From a virus (taxonomy: Duplodnaviria; Caudoviricetes), in IMG/VR virus record IMGVR_UViG_3300048836_000129, positions 1-53,935 of that record: a stretch of 53,935 nt of DNA; one strand, 5' to 3'. Each line of letters starts with the position of its first letter. Position 1 is the first letter of the stretch. Made by a program: the position numbers and the translations under genes. The notes beneath the pieces are model-generated. The model was not told the origin of the DNA. It ran no database searches and saw only the letters and a program-made list of their open reading frames with translations. Of the stretch, positions 46,679 to 53,935 are shown piece by piece.

Positions 46679-47632
46679 ATGAGTTATTCTTATACTCAGG
46701 GCAATGCGGGAACCGTTACAGCGAGCGAGCTTGTTGTTTCGATTTTCGATCAGATCGAGGCGGGTTTTTACGATGTGAAGATCCCCAAAGTCATGTGGAA
46801 AGAGGTTATTCCGGCTGGTTCTGTGAAAACTGACGCGAATCCCGGAGCAATGAACTACGGATACCGTGGCCGCGACAAACGTGGCGTGGGTCAGTTCGTA
46901 ATGGGCGACACTCGGAATATTGCCCGTGTCGGCCAGACTGTTACCCAGGTGCTTGTTCCCATGAATGACGCCGCTGTTGGTGCCGTTGTTCTTGATTCCG
47001 ATGCCGAACGATACCAGTATGGATACCAGTCAAGCCTTTCTCAGGATCTGGCGTCTGTAATGCGTACCGCATCCGAGAAACATGTTGAACGCGATACCAT
47101 GTTCGGGAATGATCTTGTCGGCTATGAAGCTTTCATCGATTATTCAACTGTTACCGTTATCCCTGCAACCGCATGGACCGGAACAGATCCTACGGCATGG
47201 GTGAAAGCCGTACAAGATGCCATCGTTACCCAGTTCAATGCAACCAAAAATGAACATCTTGCCGATACGGTATACATGCCGCCCTCAAAGATGTCCATGC
47301 TGCTGACTGGTATGGTGATCGGAAGCGCCGGGCTTGCAATGACCGGTCTGGAGTTCTTGAAAAACAATAACATGTACACCACGATGACCGGGAAGCCCCT
47401 GAACATTCAGCCTCTCCGGTATCTTGGCGGTGCTGGTACGGCTGGAGCTGACAGGCTGATTCTCCTTGATACCAAAGAGGAAAACATGCTTCTGCCTTTC
47501 CCCAAGCCGTTTCAGCTTGCGACCCCTGTTCCCATTCCTCTGGGCGTAGAAGTCCTTGCAGTGTATAAGTTCGGGTCTTTCAACCTGAGATACCCGAAGG
47601 CAATGTACTACGTTGACGTGGCCGCATCATAA
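46679..47632 (+). CDS. Major capsid protein (DUF2184/HK97 fold)
   Basis: 317 aa; ADTVYMPP, LEFLKNNN, GAGTAGADRL, LRYPKAMYYVD; highly-expressed codon bias. Confidence 0.88.
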   Translation: MSYSYTQGNAGTVTASELVVSIFDQIEAGFYDVKIPKVMWKEVIPAGSVKTDANPGAMNYGYRGRDKRGVGQFVMGDTRNIARVGQTVTQVLVPMNDAAVGAVVLDSDAERYQYGYQSSLSQDLASVMRTASEKHVERDTMFGNDLVGYEAFIDYSTVTVIPATAWTGTDPTAWVKAVQDAIVTQFNATKNEHLADTVYMPPSKMSMLLTGMVIGSAGLAMTGLEFLKNNNMYTTMTGKPLNIQPLRYLGGAGTAGADRLILLDTKEENMLLPFPKPFQLATPVPIPLGVEVLAVYKFGSFNLRYPKAMYYVDVAAS

Positions 47633-47662
47633 CCAATAACTTTTTAGCGAGGAGGGCTAAAA

Positions 47663-48064
47663 ATGGCACGAGTTAAAAAAACAGCGGCGGAGGATAAAAC
47701 CGAAGCCGCTGAACCAAAAGTAATTAAAGTTCAGTCCGCACCAAAAGAAATCAGAGTCGCGAACCACATGCGGAGAGATATTGAATTTCCCATGAGCCGT
47801 GGTTATATTCTGACAGGGCACCTTACTCTTTTTTCAGGCACAGTGAACACTCTTGACCAGGACCAGTGGGACAGGATCAAAAACGATCCAATTGTACTGG
47901 CAATGCTGAAAAGCGGAGCGCTTGACGTTGTAAAATCTAACGCCGATTCCGTACCAGTTTCCAACGAACGCCTTTCAAACCTTGAGATTCCGGACGACCT
48001 GAAATATGATTCCGAAATACAGGGCGATGTAAGCGCAAAAGTGGTGCAGCAGCAGTATGTCTAA
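47663..48064 (+). CDS. Head-associated hypothetical protein
   Basis: Follows MCP; GAGGAGG RBS. Confidence 0.65.
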   Translation: MARVKKTAAEDKTEAAEPKVIKVQSAPKEIRVANHMRRDIEFPMSRGYILTGHLTLFSGTVNTLDQDQWDRIKNDPIVLAMLKSGALDVVKSNADSVPVSNERLSNLEIPDDLKYDSEIQGDVSAKVVQQQYV

Positions 48065-48449
48065 TACAGCTCCAACATATAGTGAGTTTGTCGCAAAATA
48101 TCCTATTTTTGCCACGGCTGATCAATCTATTGTTGAATCCCAGATTGATTTGACAACAAGGTTTTTGGATGCCAACGCATGGGGCAATTATTATTCGGAT
48201 GCCGTTGAATACGATGTCGCGCACAATATCACTATAATGGTCCAGATGCAATCAGGCTTAACCGGCGGTCAGCAAGCGGCCGCCGGGCCTATTTCCTCTG
48301 TATCTGCCGCCGGAATGTCAACAAGTTTCGAGTCCGTATCAAAATCAACCGATACAGACTCGGAATCCTGGTACAAAAAAACCGGATACGGTCAGATGTT
48401 TTTACGTTTACGAAGTTCCGTGATGGGTTATGGTACATTGTCCGTATGA
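48057..48449 (+). CDS. Head-tail adaptor (DUF4054-like)
   Basis: F...YP.F, VAHNI, ISSVSA..MSTSF, WYKKTGYGQMF. Confidence 0.85.
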   Translation: MSNTAPTYSEFVAKYPIFATADQSIVESQIDLTTRFLDANAWGNYYSDAVEYDVAHNITIMVQMQSGLTGGQQAAAGPISSVSAAGMSTSFESVSKSTDTDSESWYKKTGYGQMFLRLRSSVMGYGTLSV

Positions 48450-49420
48450 AAATATTCATGACAATCCCAGGTTTTGCACCACATGGTGGAATCCGTGTCA
48501 TAATTGAATGGGCTAATAGATTATGCCGAAACAACACGGTTTTCCTGTTTAATAAACGCTGGGAACCCGTAAATTGGATAAACATAGATAAACGTGTCGT
48601 AAAATGTCAATCTGATAAATACCTCAAAGATTCAGATTGTCTCATTATCACATCCCCACACCACATAGATTTAGAAAATCATCCGTTAGCACCTGAAAAG
48701 AAATTCATCTTCATCCAAATGCTTGAGCATTTGTTTCAGCCAAAAAATATTCATTGGGTGAGTCAATGCAAGCGGTTCTATCTTTCAAAAAACCCATTGA
48801 TTTCAATATCTAAATGGAATATTGAGCGTATTCAGAAGATGGGCCGTAAAGGTGAAATTTTCTATATAGGAAACGGAATAAATATAAAAGATTTCCCTAT
48901 ACGGAAAGCAAAAAAAGATAAAAAAACGATCCTTGTTGAAGGATGGGAAGCCACAAACCCTTCAAAAGACTATCATAGAATGGCCCACAAAGCCTGCATG
49001 AAGCTGAAAAAACAAGGGTTCAAAATCATGGCCTATTCTCAAGTTCCACTTAAAACTTATCCTGAATTAGTCGATGAATATTATCACTGCCCGAGTAATG
49101 CAAGGTTGAACCAGCTTTATGAACAAGCCTCGATACTCATAAAAGCTACAAAATACGATGCACGGTCCACGTCTCCTATTGAGGCCATGACGAAAGGAAC
49201 TCCTACAGTGAGGGGAATAATTCAGGGTGATGACGACCTAATCCACCTTGTTAATTCTTACAGGTGCGATTATAATGATTCGCAAATATATGAAGGCGCA
49301 ATAAGGTTATTGACTGATAACGAGTTATATTCAAAGCTTTCAAATAATTGTATTAACTATGTAAAAGAAAATACATGGGAAGCTTGGATGCCCAAAATTG
49401 AGGAGATTTTGAAGGCATGA
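48446..49420 (+). CDS. Glycosyltransferase, GT-B fold (GT4-like)
   Basis: HGGIRVIIEWANRL, ISKWN, IGNGIN, LYEQASIL, PIEAMTKGTP. Confidence 0.85.
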   Translation: MKIFMTIPGFAPHGGIRVIIEWANRLCRNNTVFLFNKRWEPVNWINIDKRVVKCQSDKYLKDSDCLIITSPHHIDLENHPLAPEKKFIFIQMLEHLFQPKNIHWVSQCKRFYLSKNPLISISKWNIERIQKMGRKGEIFYIGNGINIKDFPIRKAKKDKKTILVEGWEATNPSKDYHRMAHKACMKLKKQGFKIMAYSQVPLKTYPELVDEYYHCPSNARLNQLYEQASILIKATKYDARSTSPIEAMTKGTPTVRGIIQGDDDLIHLVNSYRCDYNDSQIYEGAIRLLTDNELYSKLSNNCINYVKENTWEAWMPKIEEILKA

Positions 49421-50052
49421 GCAAAACCGTTATTTTATCAGTTGTATATACAGAACCAGAATGGAATCAGACTCTTGAACGTATTGAGTGTTGCCATGAT
49501 TTCGACAAAGTTTTTGTTGATCGTGGCGGTGTAGGGTCTTTGGCGAAAGCCTACAATGACGGATTTAAGCAGATTCCATCAAATACCGACTATGTATGGT
49601 TTGTTTCAAATGTTTTGTTTGATCCTGAGATTTTAAAACGGCTTATCGGGAAAATGGGCGAAACAGGCTTTGCAGCGATTCATCCAAGCTTTGACAATTC
49701 CGATCATCTTTTTTGCAGATCAAACGGAAGCGATGATGTTCTTTCTGTCCCGTTCGTTGAGTTCACGGCTCCGATAGTTCGTTACGATGTCTTTAAAAAT
49801 CATATGCTTGACGAGGATATGCCCTATTGGGGCCATGATCTTGACTGGGGCAATCGTGTCAGGAATGCCGGATACAAGATAGGTGTTGATCATGGATGCA
49901 AGATTGGCCATGAATATATCCGCAATGCTGGATCGGAATGGCCGGACACGATTATCAGGCGAGAACTTAGAAAAAAAACAGATGGGCAAACAACAAGAGC
50001 CCTTGAAAGAAAATATGGGAAAAAATGGCGGGAGCTTTTAAAATGGACGTAA
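49417..50052 (+). CDS. Glycosyltransferase, GT-A fold (GT2-like)
   Basis: SLAKAYNDG, YVWFVSNV, LDEDMPYWGHDLDWGNRVRNAGYKI...IGH. Confidence 0.75.
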   Translation: MSKTVILSVVYTEPEWNQTLERIECCHDFDKVFVDRGGVGSLAKAYNDGFKQIPSNTDYVWFVSNVLFDPEILKRLIGKMGETGFAAIHPSFDNSDHLFCRSNGSDDVLSVPFVEFTAPIVRYDVFKNHMLDEDMPYWGHDLDWGNRVRNAGYKIGVDHGCKIGHEYIRNAGSEWPDTIIRRELRKKTDGQTTRALERKYGKKWRELLKWT

Positions 50053-50654
50053 AAGAAGTCTGGGCAAAAAACGATTATTACGACATGGCTGAACCATATA
50101 TGGATGCCCAATGGGATGAAATTATCTGGCCTAAGATAAAAGATCTTGATTTTTCAAATGTCATTGACCTTGCCGCCGGTCATGGGCGTAATAGTATGAA
50201 GCTGGCCCCCATTTCCAAAAAACTCACTATCGTTGACATTTGCCCGGAAAATATTGAATTTTGTTCGAACAGATTTAAAGACCTGAACAATATTAATTTT
50301 GCCGTTTGCGATGGCAAGACAATCCCGGTAAAATCAAAGAGCGTTTCCCTTATGTATTGCTTTGATGCAATGGTGCATTTCGATTCGGATACAGTTGAAT
50401 CCTATATAAAAGAGATGTCCAGGGTTTTAAAAAAAGGCGGGAACGCTTTCCTTCACTATTCTAACTGGTCAGGATTCTGCAATGATGACTGGAGATACAA
50501 TCCGCACGCCAGACATTATATGACGCAGGATTTTTTCAAGGCATTATGCCAAAAGTACGGGTTGACCATTCTTTCAACAGAGTTTCTAACATGGGGCGAA
50601 GATCCGGATTATAGATTTGAAGATCTTGACGCCGTTTCCGTCTTGGTGAAATGA
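50043..50654 (+). CDS. Class I SAM-dependent methyltransferase
   Basis: VIDLAAGHGRNS, VDI, CFDAMVHF, RVLKKGG. Confidence 0.9.
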   Translation: MDVKEVWAKNDYYDMAEPYMDAQWDEIIWPKIKDLDFSNVIDLAAGHGRNSMKLAPISKKLTIVDICPENIEFCSNRFKDLNNINFAVCDGKTIPVKSKSVSLMYCFDAMVHFDSDTVESYIKEMSRVLKKGGNAFLHYSNWSGFCNDDWRYNPHARHYMTQDFFKALCQKYGLTILSTEFLTWGEDPDYRFEDLDAVSVLVK

Positions 50655-51205
50655 TGCCAGGAATTGTGATCAGAAAAAACAAAGCGGTTTATTGGCCTAT
50701 CCCGAAGAATGCTTGCACGGCTATAAAACTACATCTTTGCAATTATATAGGGATTCCGGCTGGAGAAAATCCCCATGATGCACCGTTCGAATGGACTGAT
50801 GGCGTTATAGATGGATTTGATAATTTCGCAATCGTTCGGAATCCATATATCAGACTGTTTTCATTATGGAAAAATAAATGTATTATTGATGAAAGCCTTG
50901 ATATGAATGTATTTTCACGGTGGACAGATATTTTTTATCATGGAATATCTTTCCATGATTTTGTTCGGGGAATTGTATCAATTCCTGTGATGGAATCGGA
51001 CCCGCATTTCTCACCGCAGGTTATGCAAATGCCCGCTGATTGCGAAACAGTTAGGCTTATGGATATCAAGGCATTCATGAGGGGCATTCTTCCGATTGCA
51101 AACGATAGCGGCGATGATGACTGGAGAGAACATTACACCCCAGAACTCAAAAAAATCGTATCAAACCACTACAGAGAGGATTTCATTCGATTTGGATACG
51201 TGTAA
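50651..51205 (+). CDS. PAPS-dependent carbohydrate sulfotransferase (Sulfotransfer_2-like)
   Basis: IPKNACTAIK (5'-PSB), VRNPYIRLFSLW (3'-PB), HFSPQ, YREDFIRFGY. Confidence 0.88.
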   Translation: MMPGIVIRKNKAVYWPIPKNACTAIKLHLCNYIGIPAGENPHDAPFEWTDGVIDGFDNFAIVRNPYIRLFSLWKNKCIIDESLDMNVFSRWTDIFYHGISFHDFVRGIVSIPVMESDPHFSPQVMQMPADCETVRLMDIKAFMRGILPIANDSGDDDWREHYTPELKKIVSNHYREDFIRFGYV

Positions 51206-51620
51206 AACCATATTGATTGATTGCGATGGCGTTTTAACAAATGGCAATCTGACCATTGACCATAACGGTGAAAAGCTTTTTAAGCAGTTTCATGTCCGAG
51301 ACGTTCGGGCAATCCGGGAGCTTGTGGCAAATGGATATGAGGTTGTAATCATTTCCGCTGACGACTGGCCCGGAATATTTCATTATGCTGAAAAAGTCGG
51401 TGCCGTTGTGCATATCGCCAAAGATAAATCGAACATCCCGTTTGAAAACTTTATAGCCATTGGTGACGACGCATGGGACGTTAAAATGTTGCGTAATGCT
51501 ACAATGGCATTTTGTCCCAACGATGCCGACAGGTCAGTTTTGCGAGTAAACGGAATCTATCGCCTTGAAAAAGATGGTGGTAAGGGCGTAATATCTGAAA
51601 TGATTGGTTACATTCTATGA
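51192..51620 (+). CDS. KdsC/YrbI-like HAD phosphatase
   Basis: IDCDGVLTNG, KQFHVRD, IGDDAWD, PNDA, GGKGVISE; probable TTG start. Confidence 0.85.
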   Translation: MDTCKTILIDCDGVLTNGNLTIDHNGEKLFKQFHVRDVRAIRELVANGYEVVIISADDWPGIFHYAEKVGAVVHIAKDKSNIPFENFIAIGDDAWDVKMLRNATMAFCPNDADRSVLRVNGIYRLEKDGGKGVISEMIGYIL

Positions 51621-52345
51621 TGGATGTTGTTTACACAATCGGAAATTTCGGGAAGCATGGAGACGGATTTGAACTCAGATATTCCTTGCGTTCTCTTGAA
51701 GAACAAGATTGGGTTAGGAATATCTATATTCTCGGTAATTGTCCTGATTTTTTGAAAAATGTAAAACATATTCCATGCCCTGACCATTACAGAAAAAGCA
51801 AAGATGCCAACATAATCAATAAGGTTTTGATGGCGTGTTCATATGATGTATCCGATGATTTCATCGTGAATAGTGATGACCATTATATTTTAAAGAAAAT
51901 AGATCGTGAAGAACTCGGACCATGGATTGAAAATTCCAATGTGAAAGAACAGGCCCTAAAAAAACGATTTTCATCGACATGGGCATTGCGCCTGATTGAG
52001 ACAGAAAACTGGTGCAAGAAAAACGGATATCATGGTGGCATATTCCAGAGTCATATTCCGTATGTTGTTAATAAAACGAAATATCAGCGCACTATGTGTT
52101 CCGTACCATGGGCACAAGATAACGGTTTGCTGACCCATGTATATCAAATGATCGAATGCCCGGAAGCTGAAATTGAGCCGGAAGGGTTCACGGTACGAAT
52201 CCACGAACAATTGACAAATATCAATACCGTGGATTCAATGCTAAAAAAGGCTACATTTCTGAACCACAATGATCATGGATTGAGCAACGCCTTGAAAGAT
52301 TGGCTTATTCAAAGATTCCCAAAAAAATCAAAGTGGGAAAAATGA
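51617..52345 (+). CDS. Stealth-family sugar-1-phosphotransferase-like protein
   Basis: MDVVYT (CR1); ELRYSLRSL...WVRNIYIL...PDFL and DDFIVNSDDHYI (CR2). Confidence 0.8.
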   Translation: MMDVVYTIGNFGKHGDGFELRYSLRSLEEQDWVRNIYILGNCPDFLKNVKHIPCPDHYRKSKDANIINKVLMACSYDVSDDFIVNSDDHYILKKIDREELGPWIENSNVKEQALKKRFSSTWALRLIETENWCKKNGYHGGIFQSHIPYVVNKTKYQRTMCSVPWAQDNGLLTHVYQMIECPEAEIEPEGFTVRIHEQLTNINTVDSMLKKATFLNHNDHGLSNALKDWLIQRFPKKSKWEK

Positions 52346-52836
52346 GCGCAAAAGTAAAACGCAAAAATCCCGATGCAATGAAACAACGCCTTGGAGTTTT
52401 ACGCGAAATAGCCACAAACGAGGTTGCGCTCGGATTTCCAAAAGGGAAAGCTCAGGCGTATTCAGGAAATGAACACCCCGGCTTTGAGGAAGAATGCCCA
52501 CAGGAAGTCGCAACCGTGGCGGCTAAAAATGAATACGGCATAGGAGTACCTCGAAGGCCCTTTATGTCGGCGTCACGGAATCAAATAGAATCCGAATGCA
52601 CACCCATAATGAAGGCCATGAGCCGAACAGGTGCAAGCGTGAAAGCGGCCTTGAATCTCATGAAAGCATCGGGAGAAAAGGGAAAATCAGTAATTCAGAA
52701 AAAAATCATTGACTTTTCTACTCCACCAAATAGCCAGAAAACGATAGATCTGAAGGGTGAAAACAATCCCCTTGTATGGACTGGCCACATGGTAAGATCC
52801 ACAACCTATGTTGTAAGAAAAAAAGGTAGATCATGA
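52342..52836 (+). CDS. Neck/tail completion protein (HK97 gp10-like)
   Basis: VA.VAA.NEYG..VPRRPFM, PPNS.KTI..KG.N.PLV.TG.M..S. Confidence 0.85.
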   Translation: MSAKVKRKNPDAMKQRLGVLREIATNEVALGFPKGKAQAYSGNEHPGFEEECPQEVATVAAKNEYGIGVPRRPFMSASRNQIESECTPIMKAMSRTGASVKAALNLMKASGEKGKSVIQKKIIDFSTPPNSQKTIDLKGENNPLVWTGHMVRSTTYVVRKKGRS

Positions 52837-53297
52837 GCCTTGTTCAGATGTCATATTTTTCAAGCCTTGCGATAAGCTTTTACGAAATAGACGTTAATGT
52901 TTCGGATTATCAGTATGTTACGCAAGACGGCGAAGATAAAAGGGTTTTGTTCCAAGAGCGAACAATAAAGGCCGCTGTAGATCCTTCAAGATCAAAACAG
53001 ATGGAACGTATCTTTGGTGGATCTATAGGCAACGGGGATATCGGCGTTTACACATTAGATACCCTTTATATTTATGATTCAACAAACATCAATGAATTTG
53101 TCGGAATGAATTTTAATTTCGGGAACGATAATTTATTGTTTGCCGAGAATGAATCAGGAGATATAGGCCCAACTGGTCAGAGCTATGTTTATTATCAGGG
53201 CTTGATTTATAGAGTTTCAGAGGTTGCACAATGGGGACCGCAAATAAACGCCCGTGTTTATCTCTGCAAGCGGCATATGAAACAAGATGGACTGTAA
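52833..53297 (+). CDS. Head closure/neck protein
   Basis: Position; beta-barrel pattern IKAAVDP, YYQGLIYRV...W. Confidence 0.6.
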   Translation: MSLVQMSYFSSLAISFYEIDVNVSDYQYVTQDGEDKRVLFQERTIKAAVDPSRSKQMERIFGGSIGNGDIGVYTLDTLYIYDSTNINEFVGMNFNFGNDNLLFAENESGDIGPTGQSYVYYQGLIYRVSEVAQWGPQINARVYLCKRHMKQDGL

Positions 53298-53431
53298 AGG
53301 ATAAGGCCCATGATTTATACGTATGGCGAAGACGGCGATTATATAATTCCAGGAAGATGGGGCGATGGTCAACAAGAACAAACATGCAATGCAAGTGTTT
53401 TGATTGGTACGAACATGCTTAGGATTTAATT

Positions 53432-53935
53432 ATGAGCCGTGGGACATCCATACAAGAAATGTATACGACAATAGGGGCTATAATTTTAAGCTCAACAGGC
53501 CGCCCATGGTGGAAGCGTGGAGGGAAACAGGTCAAGTCTAATCAGCCATATTCCACTATATGGTTGAGCCCTTCGCGCCCATTAATGCACCAAGTTGTTG
53601 AGACATTAAATGATTCATCAATGTATCAAATCCCATGGATGCAAGGTATCATTGAATGTCAGGTTGAATTTTTCGGAAGCCGAGACAATGACACTCACAT
53701 GGATGCAGCCGAAAGGTTGAGAACATCGTTTTATCTTGCCGATAGAGAATGGGACTTGCACGAAATAGCAGGTATTTCAGGAGCTATTGAAATCGTCGAC
53801 ATTTCAGGGATGTTTCGTGAAGATATTGAGCCGAGATCTCAGGTAAGATTCAATTTATTCTGCAATCTGTCAACGGTCCGAGCTTTGGAAGGGCATGAAA
53901 TTTCGGATATTGATAATGTTGATGTGACAGTGACG
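53432..53935 (+). CDS. Tail terminator/neck protein (3'-truncated)
   Basis: Manual translation MSRGTSIQEMY...PYSTI...QVEFFG...AAERLR...EPRSQVRF, open to the window end. Confidence 0.65.
   Translation, partial: MSRGTSIQEMYTTIGAIILSSTGRPWWKRGGKQVKSNQPYSTIWLSPSRPLMHQVVETLNDSSMYQIPWMQGIIECQVEFFGSRDNDTHMDAAERLRTSFYLADREWDLHEIAGISGAIEIVDISGMFREDIEPRSQVRFNLFCNLSTVRALEGHEISDIDNVDVTVT

Noticed and set aside
48446-52345. Host capsule/LPS locus or a prophage boundary
   Set aside because: Genes are overlap-coupled to phage structural genes on both sides; no transport or polymerase genes, att site or integrase
53231-53422. 63-aa ORF between neck genes
   Set aside because: Overlaps the upstream gene out of frame and has no RBS; a 39-codon alternative from about 53310 is possible but unsupported
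1-53935. Alternative genetic code or stop-codon reassignment
   Set aside because: Core genes are full-length in code 11 and end in all three stop codons

Overview
The window is most of the genome of a tailed dsDNA phage with a contractile (myovirus-type) tail. The host is probably Gram-negative, given a phage-encoded Pal/OmpA lipoprotein. It starts inside the baseplate spike gene and ends inside a tail-terminator gene; sheath, tube and tape-measure genes are not in the window. Gene order: baseplate and fibre genes (1-9.6 kb); recombination, nucleotide, methylation and replication genes (10.6-31.2 kb); lysis-like and packaging genes (33.7-38.3 kb); an extended portal, head and neck genes (38.2-53.9 kb). 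Three inverted cassettes of small genes interrupt this order. I saw no integrase, DNA polymerase, reverse transcriptase, tRNA or CRISPR array. Main observations: (1) a six-gene glycosyltransferase/methyltransferase/sulfotransferase/phosphatase/Stealth cassette inside the head-neck operon, a candidate for a sulfated virion-glycan pathway; (2) a 1000-aa portal carrying cargo domains separated by recurring hydrophobic-x-Asn motifs that also pepper the protease/scaffold; (3) an omegaRNA/HEARO-like structured leader in front of an RlmN-like radical SAM gene, with no IscB; (4) a stand-alone ~230-nt structured RNA unit with its own promoter and terminator between terS and terL; (5) signal peptides on two tail-locus proteins. 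All family assignments come from motif recognition by eye, not database searches.
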